A stretch of DNA of 64,000 nt, filler included, from Chlamydiia bacterium (GTDB lineage Bacteria > Chlamydiota > Chlamydiia > Chlamydiales > FEN-1388): NCBI GenBank assembly GCA_903848235.1. It is 7 parts of 7 records of this genome, joined end to end, with 100 filler letters (N's around TTAATTAATTAA, not from the genome) between each part and the next. Parts side by side here need not be neighbours in the genome. Positions count along the whole stretch, not along the records: positions 34,655 to 50,668 come from CAINFV010000061.1; positions 50,769 to 57,037 come from CAINFV010000062.1; positions 57,138 to 59,104 come from CAINFV010000063.1; 4 more parts are not named here. One strand, written 5' to 3'. The notes under the pieces are model-generated. The model was not told the origin of the DNA and did not search any database. It worked only from the letters and a program-made list of their open reading frames with translations. This document shows, in pieces, positions 49,640-59,204 of the stretch. The position numbers and the translations under genes are program-made. How positions within the stretch are numbered: position 1 is the first letter of the stretch; every line of letters starts with the position of its first letter.

Positions 49640-50366
49640 TAGTTGCCATTCAGTCGGGTTCAGCGCAGCTTCTCTGACAGGATTTTTTCCCACTGTGCTG
49701 CAGCTTCTTGAATTGGAGCGTCATGAGGATACGCTTCAATCAGTACGCGAAGGTTGCAAGGAGAGTTTTTTTTCGTTCTATCGAAAGAGAGACGAGGAGC
49801 GAGGCTGTTTCAACGAGCACTGCTTGCAGATACGCTCCAACGCCGGCAGGGTTGTCCCACAGCAGCACTGTCCCTTAAACTCGGCTTTGAGCCCGTTGGC
49901 TTTTTCTAGGACGTGGTTGTATAACCAGTTACAAATCTTCGATTGACCGTCAAGGGTGCGGAAGCTTCTGTCTTCGGCTACAAGCTCGAGTTTAATCGCC
50001 TTTAGGATCCGCATCGAGAACAGCTGCTCCCAGATTTTCTAGCAATTTTTTGTTCTTCCTACTTCTGGAAAAATCTCAAAAAACCATCCATAGTGAGAAA
50101 CAGAATAACTCTAACATCTTTTCTTGACGAGCCAAATCTTCTTTCTGATCATGGATTGAAAATCGGGCATACGCCATTGTAGGTAGCTCTTCAAACCGAC
50201 TGGAAGAACGTTTTCGAGGATGTAGAGATGATACGGCGTACCGACGCCGGCCTCCGGGCGTCCTTTGAGAGGGAGCCAACATTCCTTGACACCCCCAACG
50301 ACGGAGCGTTTGAGGTGAGACTCAAAAAAAGTCGGGGGCTTTTCCGATGCCTAAAAACTTAGTCAT
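49640..50366 (-). mobile_element. degenerate, internally deleted IS607-family element (tnpA and tnpB remnants)
   Basis: tnpA: MTKFLGIGKAPDFF*VSPQTLRRW..RTPGGRRRY..AYARFSIHDQKEDLARQ, then the C-terminal SRSRKNKKL piece; tnpB N-terminus at 49778-50014 (LDGQSKICNWLYN); distal boundary approximate. Confidence 0.8.
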
Positions 50367-50371
50367 ACTGA

Positions 50372-50473
50372 GTAGCATGTCAAAAAGTTCGGGTAAAAGA
50401 AACGGTTACTGGTCCCAAAATGTTGCCAAGGGGCTTTACTTTCGGAATTTACCCGAACTTTTTGACCTGGTAC
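50372..50473. mobile_element. ~100-bp MITE-like element with 26-bp terminal inverted repeats
   Basis: GTAGCATGTCAAAAAGTTCGGGTAAA / TTTACCCGAACTTTTTGACCTGGTAC (19-bp perfect core, 2 mismatches in 26). Confidence 0.65.
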
Positions 50474-50668
50474 GCAGAACTAAAACAGAGGTTTGCGGCT
50501 TGTGGCCTTGAGCTCCATCCAGAGAAAACAAAGATTGTCTACTGCAAGGATGACGCACGGAAAGGGAATTATCAGAATACGTCATTTGACTTTCTGGGAT
50601 ACACCTTTCGACCGAGAAGTTGTAAGAGTCCGAAGGGGAACAGCCTCTTCATTGGATTTACGCCGGCG
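50474..50668 (+). pseudogene. group II intron reverse transcriptase/maturase fragment (late RT subdomains)
   Basis: LKQRFAACGLELHPEKTKIVYCKD..SFDFLGYTFRPR..FIGFTPA; no upstream YADD, cut by the MITE and the contig end. Confidence 0.85.
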
Positions 50669-50768
50669 NNNNNNNNNNNNNNNNNNNNNNNNNNNNNNNN
50701 NNNNNNNNNNNNTTAATTAATTAANNNNNNNNNNNNNNNNNNNNNNNNNNNNNNNNNNNNNNNNNNNN
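50669..50768. other. artificial contig spacer
   Basis: N-run with TTAATTAATTAA. Confidence 0.97.
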
Positions 50769-51313
50769 CCCCTCTCCTTCGATTCTTTCCAGTGGCCCTT
50801 CAGCTTATAGTGGATGTTTTTTAGATTCGTCCGTGCGGAGATCTCCTCAGATGCATTGGTCATCCCTTTGTGAATAGTCTCTGGATCGAGATAGAACGAC
50901 ATCTCCTTCGTGTGCTCTACTTCAAAATCATGGAATTTGGAGACGCAGCACACGATAGACCCACCTTCTTCCTCAGCTGTCATGTAGGCATATTTTGCGT
51001 CTTCAGCGATAGGAAGCCCTCGTATCCACAGAGGGTAATTTGAGGTCATCCCATTTCCTGGCACCCACGTTACACGGGGCAGCAGGCTGTTGTAATAGCG
51101 GATAATGGGAAGGGAATGAGGGCCGTCCGCTGGAATATCAACGCTTGCAATGAGAAGGTTTCCGAAGATGGTGTTGACGTGGTTGACGAACGAAGAGGGG
51201 GCTCCAGTGGCAGTGACAGAAATTTCTTCTTTCCCTTGTTTATAACTATCCGATGAAAAGAGGGAGGGTGAAGCGCAACAGAAAAAAAAGAGAATTCTTA
51301 ACACTATATGCAT
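50769..51313 (-). CDS. RHS/YD-repeat-type protein N-terminus (DUF6531-like), 3'-partial
   Basis: Signal peptide, then PSSFVNHVNTIFGNL...VDI...PIIRYYNS, typical of the domain preceding RHS cores. Confidence 0.65.
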
Positions 51314-51657
51314 AGGATTGTTCCCATAGGAATTTTTTTCCCGGCAGTGTAGAAACAAATATTTTTCTTTTCTATGAAAATCTTCCTGCCGATGTCAGAA
51401 ACAAGTAATGAGAAGCGAGTCCCACTATGTAGGAAAAATAGGAAAGAGAACCATTGCCAAGACTGATCGATGCTGCTGGCAACGCATGCCTTATCTTAAT
51501 CACGAAGCTTTTTGAGAGAAAATCAAAAAATACTCGTTCTAATTTCCTGCGCCTTGAGAGAGAAATTCGAGACTATTGACCTACGATAAAAATGCTGTAT
51601 ACTTCATCCATACTAAGAGGACTTAAAACTACTCCAGTTGATAAAGGCAAGGGATGT

Positions 51658-52080
51658 ATGGCTCAATTTTCCATTCAAGAATCTCCCATCACGAACGAAT
51701 TGACGACGTTGATCGACGACGGCTTTCGTCAACATGGGAAAGAAGCAACAGGCTATGATTCTCCAATCGACCGCGTTGCTTTTGTCGCCAAAGATAAAGA
51801 TACATTTGTAGGCGCCGTCACAGCTCATGTCCTCTGGGGAACGCTCCATATCAGACATATGTTTATCGAAACTAAGTATCGCCGACAAGGGCTCGGAAAA
51901 CTCCTGATGGAAAAAGCGTTAGAATTCGGCAAAGCCCGCGGATGCAGTGTCGCATTTGTTGATACAATGAGCTTTCAGGCGCTCGGATTCTACCAGCGGC
52001 TCGGCTTTGTCCACGAATTCACTCGAACTGGTTTTGCCCAAAACAGCGTCCTGTATTACCTCAAAAAAGAGCTTTCGTAG
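51658..52080 (+). CDS. GNAT family N-acetyltransferase
   Basis: MFIETKYRRQGLGKLLM (acetyl-CoA motif A); DTMSFQALGFYQRLGF. Confidence 0.93.
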   Translation: MAQFSIQESPITNELTTLIDDGFRQHGKEATGYDSPIDRVAFVAKDKDTFVGAVTAHVLWGTLHIRHMFIETKYRRQGLGKLLMEKALEFGKARGCSVAFVDTMSFQALGFYQRLGFVHEFTRTGFAQNSVLYYLKKELS

Positions 52081-52167
52081 CCGACATCCGACATCTCGCG
52101 ACAAAGTACTCCCCAAAAAACGACAAAACGACGTAAGCTGGTTACTGTCCATCCTCCCCATATTTCA

Positions 52168-52240
52168 GGGGCCGTAGTTTAGTTGGTAGAACGCAACATT
52201 CGCATTGTTGAGGTCAGGGGTTCGACTCCCCTCGGCTCCA
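52168..52240 (+). tRNA. tRNA-Ala (anticodon CGC)
   Basis: Acceptor GGGGCCG/CGGCTCC with G3:U70; anticodon arm CAACA-TTCGCAT-TGTTG; T-loop GGTTCGAC; CCA not encoded. Confidence 0.96.
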
Positions 52241-52250
52241 GACACCACTC

Positions 52251-52282
52251 AAGGAAGCCAGTAGATTTTCACTGGCTTCCTT
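52251..52282 (+). terminator. hairpin terminator after the tRNA
   Basis: AAGGAAGCCAGT...ACTGGCTTCCTT 12-bp perfect stem. Confidence 0.7.
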
Positions 52283-52417
52283 AATGGCTTTTATTATTTT
52301 TTACTATAAACTCCGACGGATTATACTTGAAAAAAAGACGTCGAAGTATTACTATTCGATATAGATTTATTATTTTATATCCTTCGTATATCCAACCCCA
52401 TTACTTAGGTGTATTTG

Positions 52418-53044
52418 ATGGAAAAACGAGGAACAGGTGATCAACGTTTGGCAGCAATTTGCCAAATGATACGAAATGAAACCCTTGATCCCGCCAAAGA
52501 AGAAGCAGAAGAAATAAAACACACCGCAGAGCGCGATGCAGCTCGAATTCGAGCTGAAGCCAAATGTCAGGCCGAGCGAATGCTCCATGATGCAAGAACC
52601 CTCCTCAGAGAAGAACGAGAGGCATTTGACGCCTCTATAGAACAAGCCTCTCGACAAGTCCTCAGCCTTCTGAGAGAGAAAATCGAGAAGACACTGTTCA
52701 ACCCCGCTCTCGATCACTACCTCTCCACAGAACTGTACGATGAGACAAAAACCGCTGAACTCCTCGATCTCATCATCAAACAAATCCAAATAGAAGGACT
52801 TGGCGGAGACCTCGCCATCTGGCTCGGCAACCACCTGTCCAAAGAGAAAGTTATAAGCGCGCTCAGTCAAGAAGCGGTAAAGAAAATATCTGCTCAGGCA
52901 GTGTTTGTGGGAACACACGACGTAGGGGTCATCGTCAAAATTGTCGACCGCCATTTGGCACTTGAAATTACACCAGAAGCTCTTAAAGAGATGATGTCGG
53001 CGTTTTTGCGTCCTGATTTTCGAACATTTCTCTTCAAAGAGTAA
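52418..53044 (+). CDS. atpE: V-type ATP synthase subunit E
   Basis: LAAICQMIRNETLDPAKEEAEEI chlamydial NtpE pattern; first gene of the V-ATPase cluster. Confidence 0.88.
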   Translation: MEKRGTGDQRLAAICQMIRNETLDPAKEEAEEIKHTAERDAARIRAEAKCQAERMLHDARTLLREEREAFDASIEQASRQVLSLLREKIEKTLFNPALDHYLSTELYDETKTAELLDLIIKQIQIEGLGGDLAIWLGNHLSKEKVISALSQEAVKKISAQAVFVGTHDVGVIVKIVDRHLALEITPEALKEMMSAFLRPDFRTFLFKE

Positions 53045-53052
53045 GAAAGAAA

Positions 53053-53802
53053 ATGGGTAGTCGCTATTTTTTCATCAACTTCCTCCCTCCATTGTCGCTC
53101 GACACTACGCCAGAGATGTCTTTGGATGAAGTAGAGTTCTTCATGCACCAAAACCTCAGCAGCAGTGAGATGAGAGTAGTCAATCGTCTCTACACTTTTT
53201 TTGACCTCGAGAATATCCGCTCCTTCCTGTTAGACCTGCCGATGAAGGTGCAAGGGACCATACCTCATGATGCTCTGCGAGACATGTTGGAAAATGATGA
53301 ATGCCCGCTGCCAGCCCTCGAGAAGTTTTTTACTTGTTACCCAACACTAGAAGAGCGCAAAAGTCACGTCCACGACCTTCTTTCCTCCTTTTTCCAGGGT
53401 CAACCTCATTCTCTCCCACGGTTTGTCGCCCAATACTTTAGAATAGAAAATACCAGTAGAAGCCTCATGGCATACCTCAGAGCTCAGGCCCTCGGGAAAA
53501 CCTATGAGATCAACGCTGAAGATCTCGGCTTTGACCCCGCAGACAACAAAAGCTGGCCGGAGATATTCTCTCCCCTCTTCACCCTCTGGCAAGCCCGCCG
53601 TCAGTCACCCCTTGACCTCGAACAGGCTTATGCCAGCTGGAAATTCGACGTGATTGACTCTCTGACAGCTCAGAGCGCTCCTTTTTCACTTGATTTAGGT
53701 TTAGCCTATCTTCTCCAACTGCATCTTATCGAAAGTCGGCGAGAATTAAAAAAACCGGCTCAACAGAACATCCTAGAACGAATTGCAAAGGCTGTGCAAT
53801 GA
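53053..53802 (+). CDS. DUF2764 family V-type ATPase subunit C-like protein
   Basis: YFFINFLPPL and FDLENIR; located between subunits E and A. Confidence 0.8.
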   Translation: MGSRYFFINFLPPLSLDTTPEMSLDEVEFFMHQNLSSSEMRVVNRLYTFFDLENIRSFLLDLPMKVQGTIPHDALRDMLENDECPLPALEKFFTCYPTLEERKSHVHDLLSSFFQGQPHSLPRFVAQYFRIENTSRSLMAYLRAQALGKTYEINAEDLGFDPADNKSWPEIFSPLFTLWQARRQSPLDLEQAYASWKFDVIDSLTAQSAPFSLDLGLAYLLQLHLIESRRELKKPAQQNILERIAKAVQ

Positions 53803-55577
53803 CAACCACCACGGCGCAAGAAACAAAAAAATCACCTCTTGCAAAAGGCTATGTAAAAAAAGCCTTTGGAAACCTTCTTCATGTCGTCTTTGACAACAAC
53901 ATCCGTCAAGGCGAAGTCGCATACATTGAACTTCCTCATGTAAAGCTGAAGGGGGAGGTCCTTGAGATCGCTGGCAATGAAGCCAAAATCCAAGTGTTTG
54001 AAGACACGCGTGATATCAGTATCAACACCCCTGTGCAGTTTACGGGAAACCTTCTCGAAGCAGAACTAGGACCTGGACTGTTAAGCACGATTTATGACGG
54101 ACTCCAGAATCCTCTCGAAGAAATCTCGAATAAAGCCGGATACTTCCTTCCAAAAGGCTTTCAGGGGACAGCTCTAAACCGCGAGAAATCGTGGGATTTT
54201 CTTCCCAGTGTAAAGGTCGGAGAGATAGTACGGCGTGGAAATGCCCTTGGGATGGTCATGGAACATCGATTCCAGCACCTCATCATGGTCCCCTTCAGCA
54301 ACTACGGCAACTATACCATCACATGGATAGCCCCTAAGGGACAATATACAGTTAATGCGATCATCGCACGCGCTGTCGACGAACAGAATGTCGAACATTC
54401 GTTCACCATGATGCAGCACTGGCCGATCAAAAACCAGATGCTGGAAGGGATGAAAGTACGCCCTACAAAAATGATGGACACCGGCTGCCGTATCATTGAC
54501 ACCCAGTTTCCACTTCTTAAAGGAGGGACGTTCTGCAGCCCAGGGCCCTTTGGCGCTGGAAAGACCGTCCTCCAACATCACCTGGCAAAATTTTCTTCCG
54601 TTGACATTGTCATCGTCGTTGCCTGTGGAGAACGGGCAGGAGAAGTCGTCGAAATTGTCCGTGAGTTCCCCCATCTCGTCGACCCCCATACAGGCGAACC
54701 GCTGATGAAACGGACAGTCATCATCTGTAATACATCCTCCATGCCTGTCGCCGCTCGCGAAGCGTCAGTCTACATGGGGGTGACCATCGCTGAGTACTAT
54801 CGCCAGATGGGACTCCACGTCCTCGTCCTCGCAGACTCTACATCCCGCTGGGCACAAGCTATGCGCGAGATGTCAGGACGCCTCGAAGAGATACCTGGCG
54901 AAGAGGCATTCCCCGCATACCTTGCCTCGCGCATCGCATCGTTCTATGAGCGCTCTGGCGTCGTTGTCACAGAAGGCGGACGCGCTGGATCGGTGACCAT
55001 CGGCGGCGCTGTCTCTCCAGCAGGTGGAAACTTCGAAGAGCCTGTCACACAAGCAACACTTGCCGTCGTCGGCGCTTTTCTAGGCCTGTCACGAGAACGA
55101 TCTGACTCACGGCGCTACCCAGCAGTAGACCCTCTCATCTCGTGGTCGAAATATACGACACAAGTGGCGCATGAGCTTACAGCACAGATGCCAGAATGGG
55201 GTCGTATCGTTGAGAAAGCAGCGCATATCCTCAGAGAAGCTGATGACATAAAAAAACGAATGGAAGTCGTCGGCGAAGAGGGTATCTCCCTCGAAGATAT
55301 GGTCACATATCTGAAAAGCGAGCTCTATGACTTCTGCTACCTGCAGCAAAATTCTTTTGATAAAGAAGACTGCTACTGCCCCCTTGAGCGACAAATGACA
55401 TCACTGTCACTGATGGGACGTATTTTAGATTTGAGCTTTCATTTTTCATCATACGATGAAGCACGGACGTTTTTCCTAACGCTGCAACATCGTCTGAAGA
55501 ACCTCAACTACCTCCCTCTCGGCGTCGCGACATATGTCCATGGCATCACTGAGATCGAAGGGCTGTTGAATGTGTAA
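53799..55577 (+). CDS. atpA: V-type ATP synthase subunit A
   Basis: GPFGAGKT, ACGERAGE, NTSSMPVAAREAS and DSTSRWAQA. Confidence 0.97.
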   Translation: MTTTTAQETKKSPLAKGYVKKAFGNLLHVVFDNNIRQGEVAYIELPHVKLKGEVLEIAGNEAKIQVFEDTRDISINTPVQFTGNLLEAELGPGLLSTIYDGLQNPLEEISNKAGYFLPKGFQGTALNREKSWDFLPSVKVGEIVRRGNALGMVMEHRFQHLIMVPFSNYGNYTITWIAPKGQYTVNAIIARAVDEQNVEHSFTMMQHWPIKNQMLEGMKVRPTKMMDTGCRIIDTQFPLLKGGTFCSPGPFGAGKTVLQHHLAKFSSVDIVIVVACGERAGEVVEIVREFPHLVDPHTGEPLMKRTVIICNTSSMPVAAREASVYMGVTIAEYYRQMGLHVLVLADSTSRWAQAMREMSGRLEEIPGEEAFPAYLASRIASFYERSGVVVTEGGRAGSVTIGGAVSPAGGNFEEPVTQATLAVVGAFLGLSRERSDSRRYPAVDPLISWSKYTTQVAHELTAQMPEWGRIVEKAAHILREADDIKKRMEVVGEEGISLEDMVTYLKSELYDFCYLQQNSFDKEDCYCPLERQMTSLSLMGRILDLSFHFSSYDEARTFFLTLQHRLKNLNYLPLGVATYVHGITEIEGLLNV

Positions 55578-55592
55578 CGAGGGTATTGTCCA

Positions 55593-56909
55593 ATGAGAAC
55601 TATTCACGAAAAGATAGATGAGATTCGCGGCAACCTCGTCACCGTCTCAGACAGCAAAGCTGGCCTCGGAGAACTGGCACGGATTGAAATGGCAGATGGC
55701 AGGAAGGCATATGCCTCTGTCATACGCCTCGACGATAGGAAGACGACACTCCAGGTATTTACAAATCCCAGAGGGATCTCCACCGGCGACAGAGTGATCT
55801 TCCTCCGACGCCAGATGCAGGTGACCTATAGCAAAAACCTGTTAGGCAGACGCCTCAATGGATCCGGAGAGCCTATCGACGGCGGAGCAGAAATCATCGG
55901 CACTTCCATCGAAATCGGCGGTCCTTCCTTTAACCCTGTCCGACGTACCAGCCCCACAGAAATGGTACGGACGAACATCCCCATGATCGATGTTTTTAAC
56001 TGCCTTGTCAAATCACAGAAGATCCCTATCTTCTCCGTCGCCGGTGAGCCCTATAACAAGCTCCTCATGAGAATCGCCAATCAAGCAGCAGCAGACGTCA
56101 TCATCATCGGCGGCATGGGGCTGACATTCTCTGAATACCAGGCATTCGTAGAAAATGCAGAGTCGTCAGGATCGCAGAATAAGACAGTGATGTTCGTCCA
56201 TATGGCAACAGACCCTACTGTAGAATGCGTCCTCGTCCCAGACATGGCGTTAGCAGCAGCAGAGCAGTTTGCCCTCGAACATAAAAACGTCGTCGTCCTC
56301 CTCACAGATATGACAGCATTCGCAGACTCCCTGCGCGAGATCTCTATCACCATGGACCAGGTGCCGTCAAACAGAGGATACCCAGGCTCCCTCTACTCAG
56401 ATCTAGCCTCCAGATATGAAAAGGCTGTTTCCATCGAAGGCAGCGGCTCTATAACCATCGTCGCTGTCACCACCATGCCAGGCGATGACATCACCCACCC
56501 CATCCCAGATAATACAGGCTATATCACCGAAGGGCAGTTTTACCTCCACGGTGGGAAGATAGATCCCTTTGGATCTCTCTCACGCCTCAAACAGCTGGTC
56601 ATCGGCAAGGTAACACGAGAAGATCATGGCGAGCTGGCAAACGCTATGATACGCCTCTATGCAGAGTCGAAGAAAGCTCGCGAACGCCATGCAATGGGAT
56701 TTCGCCTGTCACGATGGGATGAAAAGCTTTTGCACTTTGCAAAGCTCTTTGAAAAAGAGCTTATGGATCTGAACGTCAACTGCTCGCTCGAACAAGCACT
56801 CGACATCGGGTGGAAGATATTAGGAACCTGCTTTGCTAAAGAAGAAGTTGGTATCAAGCAAGCGATTTTAGAGAAGTTCTGGGACACGCCTGCGTCAAGA
56901 GGAGTATAA
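55593..56909 (+). CDS. atpB: V-type ATP synthase subunit B
   Basis: [19 protein letters not shown] and [15 protein letters not shown]. Confidence 0.97.
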   Translation: MRTIHEKIDEIRGNLVTVSDSKAGLGELARIEMADGRKAYASVIRLDDRKTTLQVFTNPRGISTGDRVIFLRRQMQVTYSKNLLGRRLNGSGEPIDGGAEIIGTSIEIGGPSFNPVRRTSPTEMVRTNIPMIDVFNCLVKSQKIPIFSVAGEPYNKLLMRIANQAAADVIIIGGMGLTFSEYQAFVENAESSGSQNKTVMFVHMATDPTVECVLVPDMALAAAEQFALEHKNVVVLLTDMTAFADSLREISITMDQVPSNRGYPGSLYSDLASRYEKAVSIEGSGSITIVAVTTMPGDDITHPIPDNTGYITEGQFYLHGGKIDPFGSLSRLKQLVIGKVTREDHGELANAMIRLYAESKKARERHAMGFRLSRWDEKLLHFAKLFEKELMDLNVNCSLEQALDIGWKILGTCFAKEEVGIKQAILEKFWDTPASRGV

Positions 56910-56912
56910 GCA

Positions 56913-57037
56913 ATGGCGGAGCTGAAGTTCACAAAGCAAGAGCTTCGTCAGCAGCAGATACGCCTCACGCAGCTGCAGCGATACCTCCCTACATTACAGC
57001 TGAGAAAAGCTCTTCTCCAAGCAGAGGTGCTAGCAGC
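56913..57037 (+). CDS. atpD: V-type ATP synthase subunit D, 3'-partial
   Basis: MAELKFTKQELRQQQIRLTQLQRYLPTLQLRKALLQAEV, cut by the contig end. Confidence 0.88.
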
Positions 57038-57137
57038 NNNNNNNNNNNNNNNNNNNNNNNNNNNNNNNNNNNNNNNNNNNNTTAATTAATTAANNNNNNN
57101 NNNNNNNNNNNNNNNNNNNNNNNNNNNNNNNNNNNNN
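57038..57137. other. artificial contig spacer
   Basis: N-run with TTAATTAATTAA. Confidence 0.97.
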
Positions 57138-57380
57138 CGTTTTCAAGTGATCGACGCTTCTTTCAGCTCTTACCAAGGATTTCTTTTCATTGACTCGATA
57201 ATCTGCAAGAAAGTCGTTAGCCAGTTCATTGAAACGCACCTTCTCAAATACGATCCCCGGAATTTTCCCTTGTGCTATTGTCTGGAAGATATCCAAAGAG
57301 AGCTGGCCGCCTGTTTTGACAGCACAATACAGCTGAACATCGTGAATACACTGGAGAAGTCCCGTATAATTTGTGGCCAC
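57138..57380 (-). CDS. partial ORF whose 3' part resembles a tyrosine integrase N-terminal region (possibly chimeric)
   Basis: IAQGKIPGIVFEKVRFNELANDFLADYRVNEKKSLVRAERSVDHLK; GGAGGGG SD. Confidence 0.5.
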
Positions 57381-57388
57381 ATCCCCTC

Positions 57389-58618
57389 CTACAGTGTAAT
57401 CAGTTTTTGCGGGTGAGAAACGGCATTTGCGCCGATGTTAGACATTATACGGTTTAGCTGGGGCAAAGTAAATGTATTCACAGAAGCAAGGTCAGACTTA
57501 TATCGATCGATGGCATGAGGAGACAGCTGAAAAACGCTGTTGATTAGGTCGGTTCTGTCCCAGGCCTGCAAAGCAAAGGAATATCGATATAAATAAGGAT
57601 CTCGAACGCTTTTCTGAATCTGCAATCCACCTTTCAAAATGACTTGATAGACTTGATCGTCCTTCTGATTAACAAAGAAAAGATCATACATATCAGGCTC
57701 TTGTTCTTTGTTTTCGGCGTAAGTCTGGAAGATGTAATGCAAATCCTTGATTGTGGTAAATCCATTAGATTTTCCATCAACAGCAGAACTTGAGTATGGA
57801 AGCTTAGGCAAGGTTGCAGCGTCCAACACACCAGCCAACCCACCAAAGATGTTTGAAGCCCCGCTCTCGATCGAGTCAGAACTTCCAATAGCTGAAGCTG
57901 CGTCTACACCGGCATCAATGATAGCGCCAACCCCACCCACTGCTTTAGCCAAAGAAGTTTTAGCATCAATCAAAAGGCCAGTAGAAGAAATGGAGGTTCT
58001 GAAAGAATCGGCCATACCCCGAGAATCTGAGTTGGGACCGTAGCTAACAGCCATCCCTGTGGTGCCAGATATCTGAATGTCCCAAAACACTGTGGCTGAG
58101 GTTTCTTCCACCACACCATCAAAGGTTGCAGTAGCGCCTGACGCCGAAAGCATACTAATTGTTAATGATTCCGGAGGAATAGGTAGTGTATAGACAAAGC
58201 ATTTGTCAATTGGAATGACAGTTTCTTCCTTAGGGGGACCAGTAAGTAAATTGGGAGCGCCTGTTGGAGCAACAAGGTTGGCAACAGATCCTAACAAACT
58301 CAAAGGAGAAGCAGCGGAAGCTAAGTCACTAACATTCAAAATAGAAAAAGCAGGAGGCGGTGGCGGTGGCTTCTTATATCTAACTGCAACTAATTGATAT
58401 GGAAAGACTTTATACCAATCCTGACCATCAGTAGAGCTTGGAGCGAAGATCCCCTTAACAGAATTAACCAGAGCGTCCAAAGCAGCAGAAAGTCCGCCTT
58501 TAGCTGGGGTGTTCTGAGAGGAAGGGGTTTCTTGTCCCATCTGATTGGATGGGGACGAGGGAGTGTTTCTACCAATAAATTGGTTATTTGAGGCTTTGCT
58601 GTTTGAAAAGAAGTCCAT
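57389..58618 (-). CDS. hypothetical protein, phage virion (tail/baseplate)-like
   Basis: 409 aa; LPIPPESLTIS..T..GVVEE....DIQISGTTG and PYLYRYSFAL patterns recall myophage tail/baseplate proteins; Ser/Gly/Ala-rich. Confidence 0.55.
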   Translation of the reverse strand: MDFFSNSKASNNQFIGRNTPSSPSNQMGQETPSSQNTPAKGGLSAALDALVNSVKGIFAPSSTDGQDWYKVFPYQLVAVRYKKPPPPPPAFSILNVSDLASAASPLSLLGSVANLVAPTGAPNLLTGPPKEETVIPIDKCFVYTLPIPPESLTISMLSASGATATFDGVVEETSATVFWDIQISGTTGMAVSYGPNSDSRGMADSFRTSISSTGLLIDAKTSLAKAVGGVGAIIDAGVDAASAIGSSDSIESGASNIFGGLAGVLDAATLPKLPYSSSAVDGKSNGFTTIKDLHYIFQTYAENKEQEPDMYDLFFVNQKDDQVYQVILKGGLQIQKSVRDPYLYRYSFALQAWDRTDLINSVFQLSPHAIDRYKSDLASVNTFTLPQLNRIMSNIGANAVSHPQKLITL

Positions 58619-58663
58619 AGGCCCTCACATTAGACACACTGTCCATTTTAACATTCAGGACTA

Positions 58664-58922
58664 TTTGTGTTGGGCTCCACTTCGTTTCGCCCCTTTAGGA
58701 CAATCAAGAACAGTCAATTGAGAGAAGAGTATTAATAGTATTCTATACTAATATACATTCTAAATTCTTCTTACATATAGTGGCGGTACCGGTGACACAA
58801 ATGTAACCTAATCTTAGGGGAACATATGATCGAATCAACAAAAGTGTGTTTAGGGAAGTACATCATCGTAGGGAACATATGATCCCAGGACAGGGGCGAA
58901 ACGAAGTGAAGCCCTACACAAA
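58664..58922. repeat. 31-bp inverted repeats enclosing an AT-rich tract and short direct repeats
   Basis: TTTGTGTTGGGCTCCACTTCGTTTCGCCCCT (58664-58694) versus AGGGGCGAAACGAAGTGAAGCCCTACACAAA (58892-58922); two GGGAACATATGATC repeats plus one variant. Confidence 0.75.
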
Positions 58923-59104
58923 AGAGTTCAAAGGAGCAATAAGGGGAAGAGGACCAGAGGGTGTTGGGGTGGAGTCCATACCTGTCACTGTGGCAGTGAG
59001 CATTAGGAAGGCATCGTGAAGAGCAGACCCGAAGGTGTTTTGTATCCCTACCGATACTGGCTGGGCAGAAGAGAGTTGTGCTGCGAGGAAGGACTGGGCA
59101 GCAG
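58914..59104 (-). CDS. hypothetical protein C-terminus, 5'-partial
   Basis: Open frame from the contig edge: AAQSFLAAQLSSAQPVSVGIQNTFGSALHDAFLMLTATVTGMDSTPTPSGPLPLIAPLNSFV*. Confidence 0.5.
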
Positions 59105-59204
59105 NNNNNNNNNNNNNNNNNNNNNNNNNNNNNNNNNNNNNNNNNNNNTTAATTAATTAANNNNNNNNNNNNNNNNNNNNNNNNNNNNNNNNNNNNNNNN
59201 NNNN
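59105..59204. other. artificial contig spacer
   Basis: N-run with TTAATTAATTAA. Confidence 0.97.

Noticed and set aside
50420..50668. Retron, DGR or defence reverse transcriptase
   Set aside because: The GLELHPEKTKIV and FDFLGYTF motifs are typical of group II intron maturases, and the piece is a fragment with no YADD or associated RNA.
58800..58890. GGGAACATATGATC repeats as a CRISPR array
   Set aside because: Only two or three short copies with irregular spacing and no cas genes.
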